The notes: generated from the letters alone by a model not told the origin. 64,000 nt of DNA from Escherichia coli (GCF_003018235.1 NZ_CP027439.1); one strand, 5' to 3'. Positions 10,936 through 22,271 are shown, counted from the first letter of the stretch. A program made the numbers and translations.

Positions 10936-11997
10936 TCAGGCATTTTTCAGCGTAGACATGTCAATAGAGAAACGATATTTGACGTCACCCTTTTCCAGGC
11001 GGACATAAGCTTCATTAATCTCCTGGATGCCGATGACTTCCACATCGGATGTGATGTTGTGCTGACCGCAGAAATCGAGCATTTCCTGCGTTTCAGCAAT
11101 CCCGCCAATAAGTGACCCGGACAGGCTACGGCCGCCAAAAATAAGGCTGTAGGCTGAGACATCAATTTTGTCAGCAGAAGCGCCAACCAGCGTCAGATTA
11201 CCTTCCGGATGCAGCATATTGAGGTAAACATTCAGATCATGTGGAGCGGATACGGTATCGAGAATAAAATCAAACGTACCGGCGTGAGCCTGCATCTCTT
11301 CCGGGTTTCGTGACACCACTACTTCATGAGCACCAACACGGAGTGCATCTTCTTTCTTGGATGGAGATGTGGTGAAGAGAACCACATGTGCGCCCAGGGC
11401 GCGGGCAAATTTTACGCCCATATGTCCTAGTCCGCCCAGACCAACGATACCCACTTTCTGACCGGCCTTTACACCCCAGCGACGGATAGGGGAATAGGCA
11501 GTGATGCCCGCACATACCAGCGGAGCAACACCTGCCAGATCGAGATTTTCCGGTACCTGAAGAACAAAATGCTCATCCACCACAATGCTTTCGGCATAAC
11601 CACCGTAGGTCACCGGAGCAGTACCGTAATTATCCGGTGAGTTATACGTCAGCACCTTGGTAGGGGAATACTGTTCACGATTCGCTTTACAGTGAGGGCA
11701 GGTTGGATCGGCATCGACCAAGCAGCCCACAGCGACAATATCGCCAGCCTTGTGTTTTGTCACCGCCGTGCCCACCGAGATAACCCGGCCTACAATTTCA
11801 TGACCCGGAACAATCGGGTAAATGGTTGGCATGGCGCTGCCGAACTCATCACGCACATGGTGAATGTCAGAGTGGCAAACCCCGCAGAACAGAATATCAA
11901 TCCGGACATCGTGCTCATTCGGATCACGACGCGGGATCGATAACGGTGCAAGTGGGGATGTTGCGGACGTGGCCGCATAAGCTTTGGTTACGTACAT
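10936..11997 (-). CDS. Zinc-type NAD(P)-dependent alcohol dehydrogenase
   Basis: GVCHSDIH, GHEIVGRV, GLGGLGHMGVK motifs; paralog of 3881..4936. Confidence 0.9.
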   Translation of the reverse strand: MYVTKAYAATSATSPLAPLSIPRRDPNEHDVRIDILFCGVCHSDIHHVRDEFGSAMPTIYPIVPGHEIVGRVISVGTAVTKHKAGDIVAVGCLVDADPTCPHCKANREQYSPTKVLTYNSPDNYGTAPVTYGGYAESIVVDEHFVLQVPENLDLAGVAPLVCAGITAYSPIRRWGVKAGQKVGIVGLGGLGHMGVKFARALGAHVVLFTTSPSKKEDALRVGAHEVVVSRNPEEMQAHAGTFDFILDTVSAPHDLNVYLNMLHPEGNLTLVGASADKIDVSAYSLIFGGRSLSGSLIGGIAETQEMLDFCGQHNITSDVEVIGIQEINEAYVRLEKGDVKYRFSIDMSTLKNA

Positions 11998-12145
11998 TCT
12001 TTGCTCCCGTTGATCCCGGCCAGAAGTGCCGGGAAGTGCGACTACTATAGGGAGCTAATTATCAATATAATAGATAGTAAATCATTGAAGCTGTTGCAAG
12101 TATTAATTGATAATAATGTGAGTTATCCTGATAGGGAAAGGCATC

Positions 12146-13105
12146 ATGCTGACAAAAGACATTCGCGCGATAGATATACTGGCGAAAGCTGTGGAACTGG
12201 GCAGCCTGCGCCAGGCCGCTCTCGCAAAAGGGGTGACCTCACAGGCCGCCAGCCAGACACTCGCTCAACTTGAAGACTCACTGGGGGTGCGCCTTCTGCA
12301 CCGCACAACTCGCAGCCTCTCTCTGACAGAGGAGGGCAGGCAACTGCTGGAAGCCACACAACCGGCACTGGCGGTACTGGACCGTGCCCTTACGCGTGCA
12401 CGGCAGGCAAAGGACGAGGTTGCCGGTCCGTTGCGTATTGTTGGTCCCCGATCGGCCTTCACACCGGTTTTATGGCCAGTCATTGACGAATACTGCCGGC
12501 GCTACCCGGACGTTCAGCCAGAAGTGCAGCTTGATGACAACGTGGGGGACTGGGTTCTTGATCGAGTGGACGTGGGGTTTCGGTTTGGTTCTCCGCCTGC
12601 AGAGGGGCTTATCGCACGCCCGCTGTTCCGTGCGCAACTGATTATCTGTGCATCACCGGCATACCTCCGCACGCATGGTGTACCCCGTTCGCTGGAGGAA
12701 CTAGCGTACCACCGCTGCAGCGTCTTTCGCCATCCGGGAACGGATGCAATATTTCCCTGGTACGTAAATATAGGGGGAGAAATCCAGACACGAGAGTTTC
12801 CTCCAACCGTGGCAACAAACAGCACAGACATAGAAGTTGAGGCCACGCTGACCGGACAGGTCATCGCACAGCTCTCATCATTGTCCTCAGCTGCGCTGAT
12901 CCGCGCAGGCCGTCTTGTGCCCTTACTAACAGAGCATGTGGCCAGCCACCTTCATCTGTACGCTTACTACGGGAGCCGCAAAGCGCAGCCGCTGCGGGTC
13001 AGAAAATTTATCGAGCTCGCCGTCGAACGGTTAACGGACAACCGGGAGCTGACTCTGACTACAGATGAACTGCAGACGTATTCTGCTGAAAGGCTGAACC
13101 AGTAA
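12146..13105 (+). CDS. LysR-family transcriptional regulator
   Basis: 319 aa, HTH plus effector domain; divergent from the ADH gene. Confidence 0.9.
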   Translation: MLTKDIRAIDILAKAVELGSLRQAALAKGVTSQAASQTLAQLEDSLGVRLLHRTTRSLSLTEEGRQLLEATQPALAVLDRALTRARQAKDEVAGPLRIVGPRSAFTPVLWPVIDEYCRRYPDVQPEVQLDDNVGDWVLDRVDVGFRFGSPPAEGLIARPLFRAQLIICASPAYLRTHGVPRSLEELAYHRCSVFRHPGTDAIFPWYVNIGGEIQTREFPPTVATNSTDIEVEATLTGQVIAQLSSLSSAALIRAGRLVPLLTEHVASHLHLYAYYGSRKAQPLRVRKFIELAVERLTDNRELTLTTDELQTYSAERLNQ

Positions 13106-13725
13106 GTGACATGTACGAAAACGCCCTTTGTGAAAACAAGACGGGATTCAGATTCATAACCCAGTCAGATATGTCTGCTCCTGACACTTAGCTGACTTTT
13201 AACGGGAGAACAGCCTGGCGGGCTTATATATACAGTTATCGCAATAATTTGCGTGATTTCCTGTGCTGGGGACAATAATCCGCTCAGCACAATAATCGTT
13301 CTTAATTAGTGCCCCTCATTCATCAATCCCTCTCATCTTCTCCGCAGATCCGAAAACCTCCAGAGTAGGATCTTGTCTCACCCTACCGGCGCTGCACACC
13401 ACGACAACACAAGATGTAGCGGCTCTGTCAACTGCCTTGGCTACCAGATGTTGTGTTTATCTCTTCGTTCTGTGAGGGGCGCTGCACGCCGGAAAACGGA
13501 GCTTTGCTCAGGGCGTAATCGTGCTACACTTCCGGAAAGTCGTGAATACGTGAAAAATCGGATCACCTGAAAACCGCCATCCGTTAATTTAATCCAGTGG
13601 TTATCAGGCTGCTAATTATCAGACAAAGAAAACATCATGGCAGGGAAAGTCCTGTGTGTGATAGTCAGGTGAGTTAGCGGTGGTGAGGTAATGATTGCGG
13701 TTTGTGATTATTTATTGGAAAAGGA

Positions 13726-14070
13726 TTGCGGAAGGAATACGTGGACGAACAAAAACTTTTTGATGAGCTGAATGAGAATGGCCACCGGTTCGTGTGGTAT
13801 CTCTGCGAACCTGGTCTTGTACATCCGGACGGGATCTCCCCTGATACTCAGTTCATCGTTGATCAGAACGGGAAGGAACTGGCCCGCCGGTTAAATATTC
13901 ATGAACAGTCAGAAGATGGCTGGCGAATCGACACCTGGCACGCCAGAGATTTTGGAGGGCTGCCGGAAAGTGCTCTGAAGGTGGATTTGCATCTGCTGTT
14001 AACCCGGATTCTTATCGGAGAAACGGGTTCGATGTTTTCGTGGCCCTTTTTCCTGTCCGAAGAAGAGTGA
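13726..14070 (+). CDS. Hypothetical protein (TTG start in ORF track)
   Basis: 114-aa ORF directly upstream of and same strand as the IS-disrupted gene; no recognisable motifs. Confidence 0.3.
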   Translation: MRKEYVDEQKLFDELNENGHRFVWYLCEPGLVHPDGISPDTQFIVDQNGKELARRLNIHEQSEDGWRIDTWHARDFGGLPESALKVDLHLLLTRILIGETGSMFSWPFFLSEEE

Positions 14071-14108
14071 TCATAATGATGGGCAGGATTTCTCTTTAAG
14101 GAAAAAAC

Positions 14109-15839
<1,731 letters not shown>

Positions 15840-15842
15840 CAG

Positions 15843-16020
15843 ATATCAGCATTCACGGCTTGGGATGCGTGCCGTTTTACTGGCCAAACGATTGAGGAAG
15901 CTTAATGGTATGCCTTCCTCAAATCTTGATAATGGCAGTTGCTGGTCTGTACAACATGTATTGTGGACTGAGTGGAGGAAACAACGAAAATCCAGAGCCA
16001 GAATGGCATGCCCGGGTACC
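15843..16020 (+). pseudogene. 3' part of the IS-disrupted gene
   Basis: After removing the IS and one CAG copy, the 14109 frame continues to a TAA at about 16018..16020. Confidence 0.5.
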
Positions 16021-16086
16021 TAACTTTTTCAGATGCAGGGATGCGGACAGATCATAAATCTTCATGTAATGTTTCAGGAGTCAGTT

Positions 16087-16521
16087 ATGGAAAATATGAT
16101 GAAAACTATGCGTGAGTATTTCCCCACGCGAACAGTAGTGTTCGAACAGTCTCTGGATATGTTTGGTATCACCCGGGGTAAGGATGGGAAGCTCATATTT
16201 CCCCGTCATTCTGATAACCGTTTCCCGATCGGGCGTATCCGCAAACGTCTGGCAGCTTATGGCTGGCGCGGAGAACGTCTGAATCAGGAAGTAGCGCGTA
16301 TCGTCGCGGGTCCTGGTGTTCTTCCTGAAAGAAATGATTACAGCATATTTTTTCCTTACGGATGGGAACGTAACCAGCTTACCCCTGAGATGCGGAGAAT
16401 GTTTCCCCGGAAGACTGGTCGCCGCGTGCTGCTTATGCTGGATGAGCTCCATTATATTCATGACGCCGGGGAGCGTAAGTCGTTTTCACCAGAAAGTAAT
16501 GAAGCACCCGAGGTATCATGA
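16087..16521 (+). CDS. Hypothetical protein, translationally coupled to the downstream recombinase
   Basis: ATG at 16087 preceded by CAGGAG; stop overlaps recombinase start (ATGA). Confidence 0.6.
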   Translation: MENMMKTMREYFPTRTVVFEQSLDMFGITRGKDGKLIFPRHSDNRFPIGRIRKRLAAYGWRGERLNQEVARIVAGPGVLPERNDYSIFFPYGWERNQLTPEMRRMFPRKTGRRVLLMLDELHYIHDAGERKSFSPESNEAPEVS

Positions 16522-17300
16522 ATTACCCTTCTCTTCCCGGACAGGCCTACGCCCCGGAAAAAGTGCATCTACCTATGGCCATCGATTACCCGGCAGCGCT
16601 GGCCCTGCGTCAGATGGCAATCGTCCAGGACGAACTGCCGAAATACCTGCTGGCCCCGGAAGTGAGCGCCCTGCTGCATTATGTCCCCGATTTGCACCGC
16701 AAGATGCTGCTGGCCACGTTGTGGAATACCGGTGCGCGCATTAACGAAGCGCTGGCCCTGACCCGGAGTGATTTTTCGCTGGTGCCACCCTACCCGTTTG
16801 TGCAACTGGCCACGCTGAAACAGCGGGCGGAAAAAGCGGCCAGAACAGCAGGAAGAACGCCTGCCGGCAGCCAGGCGCATCGCTTGGTACCGCTGTCAGA
16901 TAAACAGTACGTCAGCCAGCTGGAGATGATGGTGGCCACGCTGAAAATTCCCCTCGAACGCAGGAATAAACGTACTGGCAGAACAGAGAAAGCACGCATC
17001 TGGGAAATTACCGACCGCACGGTCCGTACCTGGCTCAGCGAAGCGGTTGAAGCGGCAGCGGCTGACGGGGTGACGTTCTCCGTGCCGGTGACACCGCATA
17101 CATTCCGTCACAGCTATGCCATGCACATGTTGTACAACGGTATTCCGCTGAAAGTGCTGCAGAGCCTGATGGGACACAAGTCAGTCAGTTCGACAGAGGT
17201 GTACACGAAGGTGTTTGCACTGGACGTAGCTGCGCGACATCGGGTGCAGTTCCTGATGCCCAGTGATGATGCTGTGGCTATGCTCAGGGGAAACACCTAA
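16518..17300 (+). CDS. Tyrosine site-specific recombinase (phage-integrase family, plasmid resolvase-like)
   Basis: 260 aa; catalytic residues in GARINEALAL, HTFRHSYAMHML and GHKSVSSTEVYTKV. Confidence 0.85.
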   Translation: MNYPSLPGQAYAPEKVHLPMAIDYPAALALRQMAIVQDELPKYLLAPEVSALLHYVPDLHRKMLLATLWNTGARINEALALTRSDFSLVPPYPFVQLATLKQRAEKAARTAGRTPAGSQAHRLVPLSDKQYVSQLEMMVATLKIPLERRNKRTGRTEKARIWEITDRTVRTWLSEAVEAAAADGVTFSVPVTPHTFRHSYAMHMLYNGIPLKVLQSLMGHKSVSSTEVYTKVFALDVAARHRVQFLMPSDDAVAMLRGNT

Positions 17301-17430
17301 GTGGTAAAACAACTGAAGATTACTCCAGTGTGGTCACTTAGCGATTGAGGCTAAGTTCCAGAGTGGTGGCGTTCAGTTATACCCAAGTGTGACAGGCTGA
17401 CGCGCCCGTCGGGCTTGTCCAACCCTTCGC

Positions 17431-17455
17431 CTGCTCAGATCCAAGATCTGAACAG
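17431..17455. promoter_or_regulatory. Candidate recombinase core site (imperfect palindrome)
   Basis: CTGCTCAGATCCAAGATCTGAACAG: 9-11-bp inverted arms around a short spacer, ~130 bp downstream of the recombinase stop. Confidence 0.3.
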
Positions 17456-17615
17456 ACTCACGGTTTGCGCGGTGGGTCAACAAAATTAAATACGATCACC
17501 AGAAATATTTTCTGGACACTTTTTCCGATAGTGCCGAATTGTCCAGGTTGGAAAGCATTTTTTGTGCGTTGTTGAAGGGCCGCGACGAGTGGAGCAAGGT
17601 GACAAAAATAATGCT

Positions 17616-17639
17616 GGACAGAAAAACCTGAACGTCCAA
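17616..17639 (+). repeat. Conserved inter-cassette site, copy 1
   Basis: GGACAGAAAAACCTGAACGTCCAA; consensus GGACAGAATAACCTGAATGTCCAG. Confidence 0.7.
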
Positions 17640-18129
17640 TATGGGGAAAGGATTACGTGACGGGGCGGGTTTGCTAGCAGTTCTGCGAACGTACCAGCGC
17701 ATCGAGGACTGGTAATGCCAGCAGGCTATTACGTCCGGGCTGGAAAATCGAGAGTTGCGATGATGACGAGGCAAGGGGATCGCAGACATTAACCTCTGCA
17801 ATAGAATATCTATTGCGTGATTTATTATAAATGTTATCCCTTTATTGTTTTCCAATTATCCCCGCAGTTGAAGAAATCAGCACTGAATAAAATTTTCAAA
17901 ATTTTATTCATGATGCTTACAAATAAATTAATGTAGATGAATCATCGGGATAGACTATTCTACATCAACTGCATTCTTAATTTTACGTCAAAATCAAGCG
18001 TTGCACTAAAATAAATCCTTACTAGAATAGCTATCCAGAAGAATCACCATGTATTCTTCAGTCTGACCCTCGGGCGCAGATTCTTGTTGTATTAAAATAT
18101 TGGGAAAATAAATCAGGAGTGAAAATGCA

Positions 18130-18441
18130 GTGACAGAGACACGTTACACAACGTCTGAAAGCAAAAAAGCCCTGAATAATCAGAGCTTTATTACTGGATT
18201 GGAAATGACGGCCATCAAATCCAATTCAAAACACACCAAAGGCATGTCCTCAAGTGATGAAGATAATAGAAAACTATTCAATCTACGTCAACCGAATGCC
18301 TGCGGTAACAATCCCAAAGCCGTTATCGGAGGTACGATTATGTTGCCATTGCTCAACACGTTCATGAATGCCCCTCTTCTGAGTCAGGGGGCTACTATCC
18401 TGTTTCTTGGGCTTCTTATCCTTGCGCTCAAGAACCAGTGA
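18130..18441 (+). CDS. Small protein with C-terminal transmembrane tail (family A)
   Basis: C-terminal hydrophobic stretch IMLPLLNTFMNAPLLSQGATILFLGLLILAL; shares FNLRQ...GG...LL.Q pattern with 19121..19450; start codon uncertain. Confidence 0.5.
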   Translation: MTETRYTTSESKKALNNQSFITGLEMTAIKSNSKHTKGMSSSDEDNRKLFNLRQPNACGNNPKAVIGGTIMLPLLNTFMNAPLLSQGATILFLGLLILALKNQ

Positions 18442-18476
18442 TCGCACTGAGCTGGCTTCGGCCAGCTTCTTTACTT

Positions 18477-18500
18477 GGATAGAATCACCTGAACGTCCAG
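18477..18500 (+). repeat. Conserved inter-cassette site, copy 2
   Basis: GGATAGAATCACCTGAACGTCCAG, 36 bp after stop of 18130..18441. Confidence 0.7.
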
Positions 18501-18595
18501 TCGGGCGCTAATTTATAATAAATGACCGTAGAAGGGCCATTTCTACGGCAAAGTTCTGGAGATGATAAAATAAGGGCCTTAAACAATAAAAGGGC

Positions 18596-19003
18596 TTGCT
18601 TATGACACTGGACCAACTGCTTGAAATCCACGACTGCGCTGGGCTGAGCACCTATGAACAGGAAACAATTATATCTTTCATTAACCAGCGGCGAGGTGAC
18701 TTTGGTGTAAAAGCGTTTCCGGAAATTATGCCTCCAGTATCTTGCGGCTGGATCTCCAGAAGAACAAAACAACGTTCTCAGGAGCAGGCAGACGAAAATA
18801 GCTGGAATTATTATAAACAGAAGATTCAGGAATGGATAACGCTAATCGAATTGCATGAGGCATCACTTACTAGGGGGGAAAAGCTAAAGCGCTTTGTGGG
18901 AAAGCATAAATGGTGGTTAGGAGGCACTTGCGCAGTTATCGCATCAATTACAAGCACTGTGATAGCTAGCTGGATTCTTTCGTTATGGACTTGGGCTAAC
19001 TGA
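18596..19003 (+). CDS. Small protein with C-terminal transmembrane segment
   Basis: 135-aa ORF; C-terminal WWLGGTCAVIASITSTVIASWILSLW. Confidence 0.5.
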   Translation: MLMTLDQLLEIHDCAGLSTYEQETIISFINQRRGDFGVKAFPEIMPPVSCGWISRRTKQRSQEQADENSWNYYKQKIQEWITLIELHEASLTRGEKLKRFVGKHKWWLGGTCAVIASITSTVIASWILSLWTWAN

Positions 19004-19005
19004 CG

Positions 19006-19030
19006 TGACAGAAGCTGCGTTACGTCCAAG
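19006..19030 (+). repeat. Conserved inter-cassette site, degenerate copy
   Basis: GTGACAGAAGCTGCGTTACGTCCAAG directly after stop of 18596..19003. Confidence 0.5.
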
Positions 19031-19120
19031 TTGATAAAAAGTTGTTATCCACAGAGAACAGGGCGGTCATCCGGCGGGTTCAATAATATGATATTATTAC
19101 AGCACCTTAAAAAATAAGGA

Positions 19121-19450
19121 TTGCGGACGGATGATATATTGATAAAGGATACTCATGCGTGTAAAACGCAAAATACCCTGAGTAATCAGGGTATTAAACG
19201 CGGAAAAGTAAAGGTTGAGCGCTTTACATTTTCCATTCACACCAGAGGCGTGACTAAATCTAAAATTGATTCTACGGCAACGTTCAATCTACGTCAAATC
19301 GCCAATGGTTTTCCTGTTATGAAAATTACCGGAGGCTTCATGTTGTTAACCATCATCGACACCTATCTTCATGCTTCATTACTGACACAGATACTGGTAA
19401 TCCCGTTTATCTGTGCGGTGGTGTGGGCGGTAAAGAAAATCCGGGTATAA
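19121..19450 (+). CDS. Small protein with C-terminal transmembrane tail (family A paralog)
   Basis: ATFNLRQIANGFPVMKITGGFMLLTIIDTYLHASLLTQILVIPFICAVVWAV parallels the C-terminus of 18130..18441. Confidence 0.5.
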   Translation: MRTDDILIKDTHACKTQNTLSNQGIKRGKVKVERFTFSIHTRGVTKSKIDSTATFNLRQIANGFPVMKITGGFMLLTIIDTYLHASLLTQILVIPFICAVVWAVKKIRV

Positions 19451-19504
19451 CTTAAACATGGCTGGCTGAGAGGCCAGCCATGTTCAGTGAGTTTTGTTTC
19501 GAAT

Positions 19505-19529
19505 GGACAGAATAACCTGAATGTCCAAG
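19505..19529 (+). repeat. Conserved inter-cassette site, copy 3
   Basis: GGACAGAATAACCTGAATGTCCAAG. Confidence 0.7.
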
Positions 19530-19645
19530 TTTGCAAGGAATTGTGATCGTACTACAACCAGTGTCAACCTTCCTATAATGCAGATAATCTTCTATAATTT
19601 CTTTTAATTCTGTGGCGATGTCATTAAGGAAAAGAGGTATTATTT

Positions 19646-19903
19646 ATGGGAAATAAACACATCAGCGCCAGTGAAGCTAAAAAGATTAGTTCTTCAGTGA
19701 TACCTGATGCAGACAAAACACTTGATATGATATTTGGAGGAATAAAGCTCCAAGCAAGATTGGGCCAGACATCCTTTATTTATCCTGTCCATGAAAACAT
19801 TCTTGAGCAAGTGGTCAAGGTTCTAAGGGAATCTGGTTATAGGATTAACTCATCGAAGGCTAATGAGAATAACAAATTTATTATTGAAATTAGCTGGCAG
19901 TGA
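19646..19903 (+). CDS. Hypothetical small soluble protein
   Basis: 85-aa ORF with GAGG-like RBS (aaaagaggtattatttATG). Confidence 0.5.
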   Translation: MGNKHISASEAKKISSSVIPDADKTLDMIFGGIKLQARLGQTSFIYPVHENILEQVVKVLRESGYRINSSKANENNKFIIEISWQ

Positions 19904-19962
19904 AATAGAATCCGCTTTGTCTTTATTTTACCCTTGAAGCCACCCATTAGTGTGGCTTTTTT

Positions 19963-19986
19963 TGACAAGATTACCTGAATGTCCAG
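19963..19986 (+). repeat. Conserved inter-cassette site, copy 4
   Basis: GACAAGATTACCTGAATGTCCAGG. Confidence 0.7.
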
Positions 19987-19998
19987 GTAACGCGGGGA

Positions 19999-20445
19999 TT
20001 AATGAGAAGAATAGGTAGTTGGTATATTTAGCTTGAGTCCAATCTCCTTTATGAGATTGTAGGTATTTTCCTTACTGTTGCCAGCAAGTATTGAGGTGAT
20101 CTCATTAAGGTTTTGTGCTGCACCAAGAACTTCACCCTTTGATGGTACAAACTTCATACCTAAATAGCTTCTTTTTAGGCTACCAGGCAAGGCTGCATAC
20201 TTTGCCATTAACTGAGAAGCAGCATCTTTCAAATCGTGGATGGTTTCATGATTAGCTCTGAAATTTGTGATCGTCGCTTGCTCACGTAATAAAAGCGCTG
20301 TAATCCTCCCTAATTGTTCTCTGAATGATATATAAGGCTCAATGAATCTTTTTGCGATGAGTTGACCAACAACAAAAACGGTTACGCCGGTCAGAACAGT
20401 TACGGCAGCAGACGAACTCATAATTGTACCTAGTGACTGAATCAT
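19999..20445 (-). CDS. Hypothetical protein with N-terminal transmembrane helix
   Basis: 148 aa; N-terminal AAVTVLTGVTVFVVGQLIA; divergent from 20563..21042. Confidence 0.5.
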   Translation of the reverse strand: MIQSLGTIMSSSAAVTVLTGVTVFVVGQLIAKRFIEPYISFREQLGRITALLLREQATITNFRANHETIHDLKDAASQLMAKYAALPGSLKRSYLGMKFVPSKGEVLGAAQNLNEITSILAGNSKENTYNLIKEIGLKLNIPTTYSSH

Positions 20446-20483
20446 GGGGGTTATCCTATCTGGAGGGCAACAGCCTGTCTACT

Positions 20484-20507
20484 GTACAGAAAATGCTGTA
20501 TGTCCAG
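20484..20507 (+). repeat. Conserved inter-cassette site, divergent copy 5
   Basis: GTACAGAAAATGCTGTATGTCCAG between the divergent ORFs. Confidence 0.5.
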
Positions 20508-20562
20508 TCTGTGCTGGAATTATAATGGCAACCATGATCATCACAGGAAGAACGAGTAACAG

Positions 20563-21042
20563 ATGGCAACTGCGTGGGTGGATGTGGCTGATAATGCCGT
20601 AAAAATAGGTTTGGGGTCGTTGTTGACTATTTTAGGGGGGTGGCTGACTCTTAAGCTAACACAAAAGCACGAATTAAAAAAAGAAGCGGCAGTACAGGGA
20701 TTAAAAGATAAAGAAATAAAAACCAAACGATATGTGGAGTTTCTGACCTTGTCTCAATCTCTCATGCAAAAATATTTATATGAGCAGTGTGAAGCAAATA
20801 ACGATGATTATCTTGCCTATCTTCGCATACATAATGAGATAACGATCACGTCAGGTTTAGCCATAAGGAAAGCAGCATTTAAACTCCAGTTTGATGTTTC
20901 TACTTTCATTTTCTACAACAAAATACACGACACAGAACTCATTAATGCACTGAGGGATAAGGCTAGAAATTCTGTTTCCATGTTTCAGGCCATTGTGAAT
21001 GAGGAAATCTGCAACGGAAAGTTTGGCACAGCAAGCCAGTAG
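20563..21042 (+). CDS. Hypothetical protein with N-terminal transmembrane helix
   Basis: 159 aa; N-terminal IGLGSLLTILGGWLTLKL. Confidence 0.5.
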   Translation: MATAWVDVADNAVKIGLGSLLTILGGWLTLKLTQKHELKKEAAVQGLKDKEIKTKRYVEFLTLSQSLMQKYLYEQCEANNDDYLAYLRIHNEITITSGLAIRKAAFKLQFDVSTFIFYNKIHDTELINALRDKARNSVSMFQAIVNEEICNGKFGTASQ

Positions 21043-21046
21043 CGCT

Positions 21047-21071
21047 GGGCAGAATAACCTGAATGTTTAAC
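21047..21071 (+). repeat. Conserved inter-cassette site, copy 6
   Basis: GGGCAGAATAACCTGAATGTTTAAC, 4 bp after stop. Confidence 0.6.
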
Positions 21072-21299
21072 TGCCGGAGGAATTAACCGAGGGGCGTGAA
21101 AAGGCCGCTTACGCGGCCTCAGTTTTCTCTTGAACTCCTGAAGTCTATGTAGTCGATAAACTCAAGAATATAGTAGGCAATCACGCCTGTACCTACATAG
21201 ATAGCTCCGAATATCAGTGACTCACTCATTGAAGTGTACTCCTGAATAACACTCTATTGCACATAGCCGCAAGCCAGATCCCTCGCATCCAGTATAACC

Positions 21300-21490
21300 G
21301 GACTTACTCCACTGCAGTTTCAGAAACAACTACGTCTACAGGAAGCCAGACGATTGATGTTACGAGGTTCAGATGCCAGTATTGCCGGGTACAACGTTGG
21401 ATATGAAAGCACAAGTCAGTTCTCCCGGGAATATAGACGTTACTTCGGCTATCCCCCCAAAAAGGACATTGCACGATTACGCGAAACATA
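21300..21490 (+). pseudogene. AraC-family regulator, C-terminal HTH fragment only
   Basis: Translation ...[30 protein letters not shown] matches the second HTH of AraC/XylS proteins; no upstream body. Confidence 0.6.
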
Positions 21491-21529
21491 AACATCTTTG
21501 ACATTCGCGACGTCCGACCAGCCGAACAG

Positions 21530-21554
21530 GATAGAACACCCTGAACATCTCGGC
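21530..21554 (+). repeat. Conserved inter-cassette site, copy 7
   Basis: GGATAGAACACCCTGAACATCTCGG. Confidence 0.5.
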
Positions 21555-21653
21555 TGACTGTGCTTTCATTTTTAGTCGGTTAAGCAGACGCTTTTCTGTA
21601 ATTTCTTTCAGTTCAATGTAGCTGATACTTAACTTTTTGAAATAACTAATATT

Positions 21654-21941
21654 TCACCTCATTCGTTCGCTGGCAAGATTATAAACATCACTACGTTCAC
21701 GTTTCCCTACAGCAACAACAGCGATAACTAATTGATCATCAATCACCTGATAAACCAGGCGGAAGCCAGACGCACGAAGTTTAATTTTGTAGCAATCCTT
21801 TATCCCACGCAGTTTTGCTGATGGGATATGTGGATTTTCACTGCACTTCTTTAGCTTTTTAGCAAACTGCTGCTGAATTGCCTTATCCAGTTTTTGCCAT
21901 TCTTTCAGTGCATCTTCCCTGAATCTGACTGTGTAAGTCAT
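21654..21941 (-). CDS. RelE/StbE-family type II toxin
   Basis: 95 aa; ...CYKIKLRASGFRLVYQVIDDQLVIAVVAVGKRERSDVY resembles plasmid StbE/RelE. Confidence 0.85.
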   Translation of the reverse strand: MTYTVRFREDALKEWQKLDKAIQQQFAKKLKKCSENPHIPSAKLRGIKDCYKIKLRASGFRLVYQVIDDQLVIAVVAVGKRERSDVYNLASERMR

Positions 21942-22189
21942 AGGTAGCTATCCAGATCTACATCGTGCAGCTTCTGGTTGCTGCGTTCGGCGACCAGATT
22001 AACCAGTTCCTGATCGTCTAGGGCATCGAGCATCTTTTCATACAGTTCTGCGGGGACACAGTAAAAGGCGGGCTGGTTACGGTTCAGAATCGCGACTGGG
22101 TAACCATCACCGGCACTGACTGTCGCCATCGGGTTTTTTTTCAGTTCGCTGACACTGGCGCTAGTGTCACTCAGAATAATGTGGGGCAT
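21938..22189 (-). CDS. Phd/YefM/StbD-family antitoxin
   Basis: 83 aa, overlaps toxin start by 4 bp; classic antitoxin-toxin order. Confidence 0.8.
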   Translation of the reverse strand: MPHIILSDTSASVSELKKNPMATVSAGDGYPVAILNRNQPAFYCVPAELYEKMLDALDDQELVNLVAERSNQKLHDVDLDSYL

Positions 22190-22271
22190 AGGGCACCTTT
22201 AGAGACTATTTAACAGGTCTTTATAGTGTTCTAAAAAAGACCTCTTAACAAGTCTTTTTGTCATTTTACTC

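Noticed and set aside
17496-17855. 119-aa minus-strand ORF spanning array site copy 1 and the AT-rich region
   Set aside because: It runs across a conserved repeat and AT-rich promoter-like DNA with no RBS; more likely non-coding.
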